Source: an uncultured virus (IMG/VR IMGVR_UViG_3300034407_002805)
Taxonomy: Duplodnaviria > Heunggongvirae > Uroviricota > Caudoviricetes
Reading direction: 5' to 3' (one strand)
IMG/VR virus record: IMGVR_UViG_3300034407_002805
Length of the DNA: 54,807 bases
Positions 1 to 9,114 of this stretch are shown piece by piece. Numbering within the stretch: position 1 is the stretch's first letter; the number at the start of each line of letters is the position of its first letter. Position numbers and translations under genes: made by a program. The notes under the pieces were generated by a model. The model had not been told where the DNA came from, did no database searches, and was given only the letters and a program-made list of their open reading frames with translations.

Positions 1-351
1 TGTGAGTTTTTCGGCAAAGACAAGAACATGCACGCGGGTGAGTATATGTTTACTATTGATAACGCACATCGGGATAGATCGACAATAGATATAAACTTTT
101 CTGAACACGACCCAGAACATAAAAGCTTTAACGTAATACAATTGGATAATGGACAATTTGCAGCTCAACCTAATAACAGAGTCATATGGCGTGATTCAAG
201 TTTAACGCCTGATAAATTAAAACGTCCGGATTTTAAAGTATGTACGCAGAACTATCGTGTAGAAACAGAACCTAAGTGGTCTGTAGGACATACTGATGAG
301 TGGCAATATATGACTAAGGACGAGGTATCCACCCTCCGGAAAGAATCTTAA
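1..351 (+). CDS. Conserved phage hypothetical protein (5'-partial)
   Basis: Frame is open from base 1; LDNGQFAAQPNNR motif resembles a common marine T4-like hypothetical protein. Confidence 0.7.
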   Translation, partial: CEFFGKDKNMHAGEYMFTIDNAHRDRSTIDINFSEHDPEHKSFNVIQLDNGQFAAQPNNRVIWRDSSLTPDKLKRPDFKVCTQNYRVETEPKWSVGHTDEWQYMTKDEVSTLRKES

Positions 352-354
352 TTT

Positions 355-383
355 ATTATACCACAACGTACGAAAAAGTACAC
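355..383 (-). promoter_or_regulatory. Sigma70-type phage promoter, leftward (antisense to ORF 1..351)
   Basis: Minus strand reads TGTACT-N17-TATAAT with TGG before the -10, same as the phage consensus. Confidence 0.6.
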
Positions 384-417
384 CATTATTTTTTACATTC
401 AAAACTAAAATAATCTA

Positions 418-446
418 TTTACAAATATAGCTCACTAGTATATAAT
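418..446 (+). promoter_or_regulatory. Early/middle promoter for gp55
   Basis: TTTACA-N17-TATAAT, followed by GGAGG RBS. Confidence 0.75.
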
Positions 447-469
447 AACTATATAATGAAGGAGGCGAC

Positions 470-1063
470 ATGGCGCGCACACAACGAAAAAGTATTCACT
501 ATGTCAATAACGCTGAATTCTCTCAAGCAGTAGTTGAGTATGTTACACTAGTTCAAGAAGCCAAGAAGCAAGAAGAAACTCTTCCAATTGTACCTGATTA
601 TATTGCCAGCTGTTTTCTACGAATAGCTGAGGGTTTGTCTCACAAATCTAATTTTATTCGCTACACATATCGCGAAGAAATGGTAATGGACGCAGTAGAA
701 AATTGTTTGAAGGCTATTGAGAACTATAACTTAGAAGCAGCTACCAGAACCGGCAAGCCAAACGCTTTTGCGTACTTTACACAGATTACATGGTACGCTT
801 TCTTAAGGCGTATTGCCAAAGAGAAGAAACAGCAAGACATTAAATTAAAATATTTGACAAAGTCGGGCATTGAAAACTTTATGGTAAATGAACACGGCGA
901 TGAAATGTCTCAACAAGTTGTTGGTGCCTTTGTCGATACACTTAGAGATCGCATTGAAAAAGTAAGATTCACAGATAATATTATTAAAGAGGAAGTGATA
1001 AAAGAAAAGAAGAGGCGCAAGTCAAAAAGTGCTGATTCTGATTTATCAGAGTTTTTAACATGA
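470..1063 (+). CDS. 55: Late transcription sigma factor gp55
   Basis: HYVNN, NFIRYTYREEMVMDAVENC, NAFAYFTQI motifs; lies upstream of gp47/gp46 as in T4. Confidence 0.95.
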   Translation: MARTQRKSIHYVNNAEFSQAVVEYVTLVQEAKKQEETLPIVPDYIASCFLRIAEGLSHKSNFIRYTYREEMVMDAVENCLKAIENYNLEAATRTGKPNAFAYFTQITWYAFLRRIAKEKKQQDIKLKYLTKSGIENFMVNEHGDEMSQQVVGAFVDTLRDRIEKVRFTDNIIKEEVIKEKKRRKSKSADSDLSEFLT

Positions 1064-1179
1064 AAAAAATTATTGAGTTCCTTAAAAGTAAGGACGATAT
1101 TGAAATGTTTATGATTACTTGCGTATTAGGTACTATCTTTGCATTCTTTATCTATTGTGTTTGGAGTCTAATTAATTGA
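1060..1179 (+). CDS. Small membrane protein (39 aa)
   Basis: MKKIIEFLKSKDDIEMFMITCVLGTIFAFFIYCVWSLIN; ATGA and TTGA overlaps with both neighbours. Confidence 0.55.
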   Translation: MKKIIEFLKSKDDIEMFMITCVLGTIFAFFIYCVWSLIN

Positions 1180-2237
1180 AGGTAGCAGTATTAAATGACA
1201 CACATTGCGGTATACGTAACTCTTCCGAGATCTTCCTCGAAAATGCCAGGGTATTTTACTCAGAGGTCTTCTTTCCTTACTGTAAAGAAAACGGGATCGA
1301 GCAAATCATACACTTGGGCGACTATTATGACCACAGGAAGTTTGTAAACTTTAAAGCATTAAATCATAACAGGCAACATTTTCTTAACCCATTACGCGAA
1401 AATGGTATGAAGATGGATATTATTCCTGGTAACCACGATACATATTATAAGAACACAAACGATCTTAACTCGTTAAAAGAATGTCTTGGTCACTTTATGA
1501 ATGAGATTCATATCATCATGGAGCCAAGAGTCATGGAGTATGGGTCACTAAAGATCGCTATGTTACCGTGGATTAATCAAGAAAATTACGATGACTCTAT
1601 GAAGTTTATAGCAGACTGTAAAGCTGACTGGCTTGGCTCACATTTAGAACTCAACGGGTTTGAAGTAATGCGTGGTATGACAAGCAAACACGGCATGGAT
1701 CCAAAACTTTTTTCTCGATTCGAGCTAGTTTTATCGGGTCATTATCACGTAGCCTCACGTAGAGATAACATCTGGTATCTAGGGTCACAGATGGAGTTCT
1801 TCTGGTCAGACGCCCACGATCCAAAGTATTTTCACGTTATTGACACTGAAACAAGACAGATAGAAAAAATTAGAAATAATAACACTTTGTTTGAAAAAAT
1901 AGTGTACAATGACGACAAAATGGATTATAATAACTATAACATATCAAACTTAGACGGTAAGCTCGTAAAAGTCGTGGTAGTAAATAAAGCTGATACGTTT
2001 ACGTTCGATCGTTTTATTGACAGGTTACAGTCACAAGATATATACGAACTGAAGATAGCAGAAAACTTTCAAGAGTTTGCCGGTGAAAATATTGAAGATG
2101 AGAAAATTAATTTTGACGATACACAAGAAATAGTTGACTCATATATCGATGCGGTAGATACAGATTTAAATAAAGATAAGATTAAAGTACAAGTGCGCGA
2201 ACTTATGATTGAAGCACAAACTTTGGAATTTGCATGA
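1176..2237 (+). CDS. 47: Recombination nuclease subunit gp47 (Mre11/SbcD-like)
   Basis: Metallophosphoesterase motifs DTH, GDYYD, GNHD, SGHYH. Confidence 0.95.
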   Translation: MKVAVLNDTHCGIRNSSEIFLENARVFYSEVFFPYCKENGIEQIIHLGDYYDHRKFVNFKALNHNRQHFLNPLRENGMKMDIIPGNHDTYYKNTNDLNSLKECLGHFMNEIHIIMEPRVMEYGSLKIAMLPWINQENYDDSMKFIADCKADWLGSHLELNGFEVMRGMTSKHGMDPKLFSRFELVLSGHYHVASRRDNIWYLGSQMEFFWSDAHDPKYFHVIDTETRQIEKIRNNNTLFEKIVYNDDKMDYNNYNISNLDGKLVKVVVVNKADTFTFDRFIDRLQSQDIYELKIAENFQEFAGENIEDEKINFDDTQEIVDSYIDAVDTDLNKDKIKVQVRELMIEAQTLEFA

Positions 2238-3973
2238 TAAAATTTAAGACTCTTCGGTATAAGAATTTTCTATCGTCTGGAAATAACTTTACTGAAATAG
2301 AACTTGACAAAAAGAAGTCAACGCTTGTTGTCGGTCAAAACGGCGCGGGTAAATCAACTATGTTAGATGCTTTGTCATTCGCTTTATTTGGCAAAGCTCA
2401 TCGTAATATTAATAAGACACAACTTATTAACTCGATTAATAATAAAGGCTGCTTAGTAGAAATAGAATTTAGTTTAAGTGGAAACGAGTTTAAAGTATCG
2501 AGAGGAATCAAACCTAACGTATTTGAGATTTGGAAGAACGGCACTATGCTTAACCAATCATCTCATTCACGTGAATACCAAAGGATTCTCGAACAGAACA
2601 TACTAAAACTTAATCATAAGTCGTTTCACCAGGTAGTTGTATTGGGTAGCTCCTCTTTTATACCTTTCATGCAACTACCTTCACATATTCGTAGGGAGGT
2701 CATTGAAGATCTTCTCGACATCAACGTCTTTTCGAAGATGAACATTATATTGAAAGAAAAAAATGTACAGTTAAAAGATAAACTCAAACAGATAGACTAC
2801 AACATAGATATTGTGAAAACTAAAATTGAATCTCAAAAGAAGTATATTCGCGATATCGCAGCACTAACTGAAGAGAATCGAAAGGACTATGAATCTAGGA
2901 TACAAGCATCGCAGAGTGTCATCGATGAACTACAGGCTGAGAATAGTGAGCTTAGCCTCGGACTCGATGAATCTGTATCAGAAGCCGATGAAAGGTTACG
3001 ATCTTTACAGGATAGGAAACAGAGTTTACTCCTCCGAGGTCAAGATCGGCAATCGGCTATCCGCGACCTCGAGAAGCGGATCACCTTTTTCGAAGAGAAT
3101 GAGTCGTGTCCCGTGTGCGACCAAGCCATTTCAGACGGCCATAAACATGCGATTCTATTATCGACACAAGAAGATAGGGATCGGCGGAAGGCAGAGATTA
3201 AGCAAATCGGAACGGAAGGCCAAGGAGTGGAATCGGAGATTGAGCAACAGACTGGCTTACTTTCAACGCTTCGAGATCGGGTACATAAACTCACTGCCAA
3301 CACCAAAGAGATTTCGAAACTGCAAGCGACCATATCTGATTATCGATCGCACATAGAAAAAGAAATCGGTACGGATCTTACTGAGGCTCGTACCGATCTA
3401 CAAAAATTTGAAGATGATAGAAGTAATGAGCTAGAAGAAAAATTAAAACTTTCTGATGATTTAAATTATAATTCTGTCATTATTGAAATGTTAAAAGACA
3501 CAGGTATTAAGACTAAGATTATTAAACAGTACCTACCAGTAATGAATAAACTAGTCAACCAATACCTACAAATCTTAGACTTTTTTGTACACTTTCATTT
3601 GGATGAATCATTTCAAGAAGTAATAAGATCTCGACACAGAGATGAATTTAGTTATGATTCTTTTAGTGAAGGCGAGAAGCAAAGGATTGACTTAGCACTA
3701 CTCTTTACCTGGCGCCAAGTGGCAAAGATGAAGAACAGTGTATCTACTAATCTTTTGTTACTCGATGAAACGTTTGACTCATCGCTTGACCATGACGGCG
3801 TAGAAAACTTACTTAAGATTCTATATACGCTAGGTGAAGATACAAACGTATTTGTCATATCGCATAAAGGCGATATACTCGACGGCAAGTTCGATAGTAA
3901 GATCGAGTTTGTCAAAGAAAAAAACTTCAGCCAAATGAAAATTGGTGTACAAGCGAATGAACTTGTGGTATAA
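2234..3973 (+). CDS. 46: Recombination ATPase subunit gp46 (Rad50/SbcC-like)
   Basis: Walker A GQNGAGKS, CPVC zinc hook, FSEGE signature, LLLDE Walker B. Confidence 0.95.
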   Translation: MIKFKTLRYKNFLSSGNNFTEIELDKKKSTLVVGQNGAGKSTMLDALSFALFGKAHRNINKTQLINSINNKGCLVEIEFSLSGNEFKVSRGIKPNVFEIWKNGTMLNQSSHSREYQRILEQNILKLNHKSFHQVVVLGSSSFIPFMQLPSHIRREVIEDLLDINVFSKMNIILKEKNVQLKDKLKQIDYNIDIVKTKIESQKKYIRDIAALTEENRKDYESRIQASQSVIDELQAENSELSLGLDESVSEADERLRSLQDRKQSLLLRGQDRQSAIRDLEKRITFFEENESCPVCDQAISDGHKHAILLSTQEDRDRRKAEIKQIGTEGQGVESEIEQQTGLLSTLRDRVHKLTANTKEISKLQATISDYRSHIEKEIGTDLTEARTDLQKFEDDRSNELEEKLKLSDDLNYNSVIIEMLKDTGIKTKIIKQYLPVMNKLVNQYLQILDFFVHFHLDESFQEVIRSRHRDEFSYDSFSEGEKQRIDLALLFTWRQVAKMKNSVSTNLLLLDETFDSSLDHDGVENLLKILYTLGEDTNVFVISHKGDILDGKFDSKIEFVKEKNFSQMKIGVQANELVV

Positions 3974-3974
3974 T
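3946..3974 (+). promoter_or_regulatory. Promoter for gp45
   Basis: TGTACA-N17-TATAAT within the end of gp46. Confidence 0.65.
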
Positions 3975-3999
3975 ATACATATCTTTTGGAGGATATATA

Positions 4000-4677
4000 A
4001 TGGAACTAAATGAGAATACTCTCAACGTGTTAAAAAACTTTTCTGGTATTAATCAGAATATGTTGATTCAACAGGGCAACACAATTAAAACTATTTCCGA
4101 AGCTCGCAATGTATTGGCCACAGCCGTGGTTGAAGAAGAGTTTCCACAACCTTTCGGCATCTATGATCTCAACGAGTTCATTGGTGTCCTTGGATTGGTA
4201 GATACACCTAGGCTTAAGTTTGCCGAAGAGTATGTTACCATCGGCGACTCAACCGGTCGCTCAAAAGTCAAGTACTTCTTCTCACCAGAAGAAACACTGA
4301 CAACCCCGCAAAAAGATATTAACATGCCGGAAACGGAAGTTAAATTTACACTGACAAACGATACTCTCAACAAAATTAAAAGAGCCGCATCCACTCTTGG
4401 ACATGATGAAGTATTGATTACTGGCAAAGACGGTGTACTAAGTCTTTTTGTGGTTGACAGCCAGAACTCGACGTCAAACGCTTTTTCGATAGACATTGAC
4501 GGCGAGTTTCCTAATGATACAAACTTTAACTTTATTTTGAGTATTTCGAATCTTAAGATTCTTACCGGTGACTATGACGTAGAAATATCGAGTAAGTTGA
4601 TTTCTTGTTTCAAACACAAAGATCTTAACGTTAAGTATTGGATTGCACTTGAAAAAACATCTTCGTACGGAGTATAA
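4000..4677 (+). CDS. 45: Sliding clamp gp45
   Basis: LKNFSGINQ, FGIYDLNEF, YWIALE motifs; synteny. Confidence 0.95.
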   Translation: MELNENTLNVLKNFSGINQNMLIQQGNTIKTISEARNVLATAVVEEEFPQPFGIYDLNEFIGVLGLVDTPRLKFAEEYVTIGDSTGRSKVKYFFSPEETLTTPQKDINMPETEVKFTLTNDTLNKIKRAASTLGHDEVLITGKDGVLSLFVVDSQNSTSNAFSIDIDGEFPNDTNFNFILSISNLKILTGDYDVEISSKLISCFKHKDLNVKYWIALEKTSSYGV

Positions 4678-4678
4678 T

Positions 4679-4897
4679 ATGACTGAAGAAAATCAAGAAC
4701 CAGATAAGATGGATCACCTAATGACATTGTCTAATCAAGTATCACGTTCATGTGTTGCTGTGATTGACGCTATGTCACAGCGTGGTGCAGTAAAGGGTGA
4801 AGAAATGTCAACCCTTGGTAAATTACGCGATGATGCTGTACAGATCATTCAGCTTGTTGAGACCATTCAACAAGAGAAAGCGATGGAGGAAGAATAA
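4679..4897 (+). CDS. Hypothetical protein
   Basis: ORF with GGAG RBS between gp45 and gp44. Confidence 0.7.
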   Translation: MTEENQEPDKMDHLMTLSNQVSRSCVAVIDAMSQRGAVKGEEMSTLGKLRDDAVQIIQLVETIQQEKAMEEE

Positions 4898-4901
4898 GAT
4901 A

Positions 4902-4930
4902 TTTACTTACTCAGTGTTTTGTGGTATAAT
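4902..4930 (+). promoter_or_regulatory. Promoter for gp44
   Basis: TTTACT-N17-TATAAT. Confidence 0.7.
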
Positions 4931-4948
4931 TTTATTATGGAGTAGTAA

Positions 4949-5884
4949 ATGTCTAATAACTTCCTTTGGGTCGAAAAGTATCGGCCGCGTACAATATCAG
5001 AAACTATCCTACCAGATAGTTTAAAACAAGTCTTTCAAAAGATTGTAGAGACCGGTGAACTTCCTAACATGTTGTTCACCGGCTCTGCTGGTCTTGGTAA
5101 GACTACAGTTGCCAAAGCTTTGTGTAACGAGCTCGGCAATGACTTTATTATTATCAATGGTTCCGAAGAAGGTAACATTGATACGCTAAGAACAAAGATC
5201 AAACAGTTTGCTTCCACTGTGTCACTACAGGGTGGATACAAAGTTGTGATTCTTGACGAGGCAGATTATCTTAATCCACAATCAACTCAACCTGCGTTGC
5301 GTGGATTTATCGAAGAGTTTGCCAACAACTGCAGGTTCGTACTTACATGCAATTTTAAGAATCGTATCATTCAACCTCTGCACTCTAGGTGTGGTGTGTA
5401 TGAATTCAATACGTCTAAGAAAGACATGGCTCAACTTGCTGCTAACTTCATGGAAAGAGTTACGGCAATCTTAGAAGCTGAACAAGTTGAGTATGACAAA
5501 AGAACAGTTGCCGATTTAATTATGAAGTTTGCACCCGATTGGAGGAGGGTACTCAATGAACTACAAAGATATTCTGTTCTGGGGTCTATTGCTGGGCCTG
5601 TTTCTAGCACTAGTGGTGGATCCTTTGACGAGTTATATGCTCACTTAAAATCTAAAGACTTCAAAAAAATGCGTGGCTGGGTTGTCAATAACATCGACAC
5701 AGATGCAGCTGCAATCTTTCGTGGTCTATACGATTCTATGTACGACAAAGTCGCACCACAATCTATACCACAACTTGTTTTAATCCTTGCTGACTACCAA
5801 TATAAAAATGCATTCGTGGCTGATCACGAATTAAACGTAGTCGCATGTCTTACGGAGGTAATGGCTAATGTCCAATTCACTTGA
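4949..5884 (+). CDS. 44: Clamp loader large subunit gp44
   Basis: LWVEKYRP, GSAGLGKT, ILDEAD, LHSRC RFC-type AAA+ motifs. Confidence 0.95.
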   Translation: MSNNFLWVEKYRPRTISETILPDSLKQVFQKIVETGELPNMLFTGSAGLGKTTVAKALCNELGNDFIIINGSEEGNIDTLRTKIKQFASTVSLQGGYKVVILDEADYLNPQSTQPALRGFIEEFANNCRFVLTCNFKNRIIQPLHSRCGVYEFNTSKKDMAQLAANFMERVTAILEAEQVEYDKRTVADLIMKFAPDWRRVLNELQRYSVLGSIAGPVSSTSGGSFDELYAHLKSKDFKKMRGWVVNNIDTDAAAIFRGLYDSMYDKVAPQSIPQLVLILADYQYKNAFVADHELNVVACLTEVMANVQFT

Positions 5885-6158
5885 ACTTACACTTTACACA
5901 CAGAACGGCTGTAAGTACTGTACACAAATGATCGCAAAACTTTTATCATGGAACTATAACGTTAAAGAAGTAAATATCTCTGGAGATAAAACCGCTAAAA
6001 ACTTTTTGAAAGAAGAAGGTCACAAGTCTGTGCCTCAACTATACTGGAATCAAAAACATATTTTTGGTGGTAGTGTAGAAGAAGTAACTAAAGATCAAAT
6101 AGAGGAGTTGATTGATTATGAAAACTATATTGGAGGTCCTACAGAATTTAGGTCCTGA
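5868..6158 (+). CDS. Glutaredoxin
   Basis: YTQNGCKYC (CxxC), SVPQ, GG motifs. Confidence 0.85.
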   Translation: MSNSLELTLYTQNGCKYCTQMIAKLLSWNYNVKEVNISGDKTAKNFLKEEGHKSVPQLYWNQKHIFGGSVEEVTKDQIEELIDYENYIGGPTEFRS

Positions 6159-6312
6159 CTGGACAGCTTTTATACTTACAATGCAAGTTGCTTTGATTAT
6201 GGGATACTTTGAATATTCAAAAACAACTATGTTGTTGGTATGTGTGGGCTTATATTGTTTTCTAAGATTTGTGCAAAGACCATGGAGTCATTATGACGAC
6301 GAATCCCTTTGA
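6112..6312 (+). CDS. Small membrane protein
   Basis: Two hydrophobic segments; fills the gap between glutaredoxin and gp62. Confidence 0.55.
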   Translation: MIMKTILEVLQNLGPDWTAFILTMQVALIMGYFEYSKTTMLLVCVGLYCFLRFVQRPWSHYDDESL

Positions 6313-6676
6313 ATATTTAACTGCTATCAATGACACAAAGAAAGATGTTATGGTAGATGATATAGCCGAGAAAGGTTATAACGCTTTCATGGTCAATCGC
6401 GGCTTGTCTTACTTTAATGATACAGTCTTATTTGCAAATGAAATGAATTTGAATGCGCACTTGGATAACCGTTTACAATTCGACTTTCTTATAAATATAG
6501 TAAGAAGGCGGAAAAGATTTTCTAAGTGGATGAAACCTGAAACCGCCAGTGACGTGGAAGTTGTCAAGGAATATTATGGCTACAGTAATGAAAAAGCCCG
6601 CCAAGCCTTGACCCTTCTCACACCTGAACAAATAATAGATATAAAAAAGAAGGTGTATAAAGGTGGAAGAAAATAA
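6293..6676 (+). CDS. 62: Clamp loader small subunit gp62
   Basis: FMVNRGLSYF, RKRFSKW, VKEYYGYSNEKA; located between gp44 and regA. Confidence 0.9.
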   Translation: MTTNPFEYLTAINDTKKDVMVDDIAEKGYNAFMVNRGLSYFNDTVLFANEMNLNAHLDNRLQFDFLINIVRRRKRFSKWMKPETASDVEVVKEYYGYSNEKARQALTLLTPEQIIDIKKKVYKGGRK

Positions 6677-7073
6677 TATTGTAGAATGGAATCCTACATC
6701 TATGCTCGAAATCTCTTTAAACGAGCCAGATGATTTTCTAAAAGTTAGAGAAACGCTTACACGGATAGGTGTAGCATCTCGTAAAGATAAAAAGTTATTT
6801 CAGTCTTGTCATATATTACATAAGCAAGGCAGGTATTTTATTGTGCACTTTAAAGAGTTATTCTTACTTGATGGTAAGAAATCTAACTTAGAAGAGAATG
6901 ACATTGCACGTAGAAATACTATTGCTCAACTAATGAGCGACTGGGGTCTTATCAGCATTGAAACACCTGATAAGATAAAACCTATGGCGCCGATGAGACA
7001 GATTAAAATCATTCCATTTAAAGAAAAAAATGAATGGGAATTGTGTCCGAAGTATAATATCGGAAACAAGTAA
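6663..7073 (+). CDS. regA: Translational repressor RegA
   Basis: DDFLKVRETLTRIG, QSCHILHKQGRYFIVHFKELF. Confidence 0.95.
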   Translation: MEENNIVEWNPTSMLEISLNEPDDFLKVRETLTRIGVASRKDKKLFQSCHILHKQGRYFIVHFKELFLLDGKKSNLEENDIARRNTIAQLMSDWGLISIETPDKIKPMAPMRQIKIIPFKEKNEWELCPKYNIGNK

Positions 7074-7086
7074 TATATATAGTATT

Positions 7087-7142
7087 GGACATGCCTAACT
7101 GGGTGTCCGCTAAACCTTGCTAGTCAATAGGAGGCAAATATG
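7087..7142 (+). promoter_or_regulatory. ROSE-like RNA thermometer in hsp20 5' UTR
   Basis: Hairpin GGACATGCC/GGGTGTCC, then CCTTGCTA pairing with TAGGAGG (SD) with a bulged G; U(U/C)GCU signature. Confidence 0.65.
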
Positions 7143-7604
7143 ACTGGAACATTCGCATATCCGCGAAACGCATTTCTTGGTTTCGACCACATCTTTGATC
7201 AACTGGAAAATATTCACCAGCACTCAAAGGATACCTATCCACCACACAATGTCATTAAAGACGAAGAGATGAAATACACTCTTGAAATGGCTGTGGCTGG
7301 TTTCAAACAAGAACATATAGACATTGAAGTCAAAGATCACATCTTGACTATTAGTGGTGATCGGCCGCAGCGTCGTGAACAAAACGCGTATGTTCACAAA
7401 GGTATTAGTGCTCGCAACTGGAAGAAGTCATTTAGACTGTCGGAATATACCGAAGTAACCGGAGCTGATCTTGTAGATGGAATTTTGACTGTTAGTTTAG
7501 AAGTCATTCTACCTGCAGAGAAGTTGCCTCGTAAAATCACAATTGGAACTTACGAGGGAAAAAATGACAACACTAGTTCTGAACTACTCACGGAGTCTGC
7601 TTGA
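7140..7604 (+). CDS. Small heat shock protein Hsp20 (IbpA-like)
   Basis: YPPHNV, AVAGF, HKGISAR, ADLVDGILTV alpha-crystallin motifs. Confidence 0.93.
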   Translation: MTGTFAYPRNAFLGFDHIFDQLENIHQHSKDTYPPHNVIKDEEMKYTLEMAVAGFKQEHIDIEVKDHILTISGDRPQRREQNAYVHKGISARNWKKSFRLSEYTEVTGADLVDGILTVSLEVILPAEKLPRKITIGTYEGKNDNTSSELLTESA

Positions 7605-7794
7605 CGTATTTAAACCACCATTTAAAGCAATTGGTGATTTTTTCACGTCACTCGGTACAGCAGTAAAAGTATCTAGGCAAATCGAAACTAATCAAAAATT
7701 AGCTGTGTTGCTTAGACACGAGTATCCGCACGAAAACTATGACGGTATCGTTGCTATCTTAAACGATAAAACTCTAAGGGAGTACTACAAATGA
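7564..7794 (+). CDS. Hypothetical protein
   Basis: ORF with GAGGG RBS overlapping the hsp20 end. Confidence 0.6.
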   Translation: MTTLVLNYSRSLLDVFKPPFKAIGDFFTSLGTAVKVSRQIETNQKLAVLLRHEYPHENYDGIVAILNDKTLREYYK

Positions 7795-7961
7795 AATGGC
7801 TAAAATCAATTTTTAGTATGCGCTTTAGCGACGCAAAAACTGGTGGTTGGCCTGGTACGCCAATGGGCCAGCCTTTAAAGTATCGTGAATCAAGTTATAC
7901 ACTCGCAGAACTCGAGCGTAGACTTACTGCTGATATAAACGGATATGGAACAAGATACTAA
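7791..7961 (+). CDS. Hypothetical protein (56 aa)
   Basis: MKWLKSIFS...TLAELERRL; GGGAG RBS; ATGA overlap. Confidence 0.55.
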   Translation: MKWLKSIFSMRFSDAKTGGWPGTPMGQPLKYRESSYTLAELERRLTADINGYGTRY

Positions 7962-8009
7962 TGAACCCTAAAACCGTTAAACGCATTAGTGAGTATCTAA
8001 AAAGAAAAA

Positions 8010-8017
8010 TATAAATA
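8010..8017 (+). promoter_or_regulatory. T4-type late promoter
   Basis: TATAAATA upstream of the block that contains lysozyme. Confidence 0.6.
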
Positions 8018-8048
8018 AAAGGGAGCAGGGCGACTTGCTCCTTTTATT
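8014..8048 (+). terminator. Intrinsic terminator
   Basis: AATAAAAGGGAGCAGG-GCGA-CTTGCTCCTTTTATT hairpin with GNRA loop and T tract. Confidence 0.8.
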
Positions 8049-8060
8049 GTTGGAGGTAGT

Positions 8061-8216
8061 ATGCAAGGGACAGAAAGATACTGCAAAAAATGTGGCCACC
8101 GGTGCCACTGTTTAACAACAGACTGTCAAGAATGCCACAATGATGTGTGTTATGGGTGTGATTGCGACTTACCAATAAGAGATATACCTGACTCTTTTAC
8201 AATGGAACAAACTTGA
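8061..8216 (+). CDS. Cys/His-rich metal-binding mini-protein (51 aa)
   Basis: MQGTERYCKKCGHRCHCLTTDCQECHNDVCYGCDCDLP...; 9 Cys, 3 His; GGAGG RBS. Confidence 0.7.
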   Translation: MQGTERYCKKCGHRCHCLTTDCQECHNDVCYGCDCDLPIRDIPDSFTMEQT

Positions 8217-8890
8217 TATTAATTGCAAATTACAGAACAGGTTCGACTTGGGTTTCTGAATATGGTTCAAGAAGTCCTGGATTTTATAATCTAAAATATC
8301 TATATGGAGATGATTATCCATATGGGTCTGAACTATTTAGAATCGATTGTTATGAAAACTTTACTTCAAATAAAAAAGATCTAGAGATAGAAAGAGGTGA
8401 GGGTCGAGAATATTTTATAAAAATAATGGTGAAGCAATTACAAAATAAATACGCTAAACATTTTGAGTTACTAGAATGGTATAAACAATTTTATAAGAAT
8501 ACTGAAAAAATTAAACTTTATAATAATAACGTATGGCAAATATTTTTAAGTGAATCTTATCAAGATTTTATAAACTGGAAATGTGCACACTATTATGAAA
8601 TGGAAAATTATGTTCCAGCATTTCCTTATACTGTAGACACAAATATAATTACACGTTTTGCAGAAAAATATGCTAACTATATAAAGTTTGATTTATATGA
8701 TACACTACTTGATTTCAATGATTTAACAGAAGAAATGCTATCTTCATATTTTAAAGTAGATAAAATCGATAGAAGGCATAATAAAATAAACTATGAAGAA
8801 AATATGACAAATGATCCTATCATTTTAAAAAACATGCTACACAATGAACTAAAAAAGAATGGATTAAATTTAAATGATTATGTATTATAA
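8213..8890 (+). CDS. Sulfotransferase-like protein
   Basis: N-terminal NYRTGSTW resembles the PAPS-binding loop; AT-rich. Confidence 0.45.
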   Translation: MILIANYRTGSTWVSEYGSRSPGFYNLKYLYGDDYPYGSELFRIDCYENFTSNKKDLEIERGEGREYFIKIMVKQLQNKYAKHFELLEWYKQFYKNTEKIKLYNNNVWQIFLSESYQDFINWKCAHYYEMENYVPAFPYTVDTNIITRFAEKYANYIKFDLYDTLLDFNDLTEEMLSSYFKVDKIDRRHNKINYEENMTNDPIILKNMLHNELKKNGLNLNDYVL

Positions 8891-8901
8891 AGGAGAAAAA
8901 G

Positions 8902-9114
8902 ATGAGACGTAGGTTTAATAACGTACAAGAAAATCGTAGAAAAAATTATATTAAACAACGTATTAGTCAGCTTATGGATGATATGAATAAAGCTCACAGT
9001 GAGCATGATAAAAATTGGTATAACAGACTAATCCAAGAATTAAATTGGGTTCAGCAAGCAGACAGCAAGCCGGACCGCAACTGTTACATGGAAGTAAAAG
9101 GAGCTACGTGGTAA
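8902..9114 (+). CDS. Hypothetical protein
   Basis: ORF with AAGGAG RBS. Confidence 0.7.
   Translation: MRRRFNNVQENRRKNYIKQRISQLMDDMNKAHSEHDKNWYNRLIQELNWVQQADSKPDRNCYMEVKGATW

Noticed and set aside
9045..9113. Longer lysozyme N-terminus
   Set aside because: AAGGAG RBS and TAATG coupling support a start at 9114
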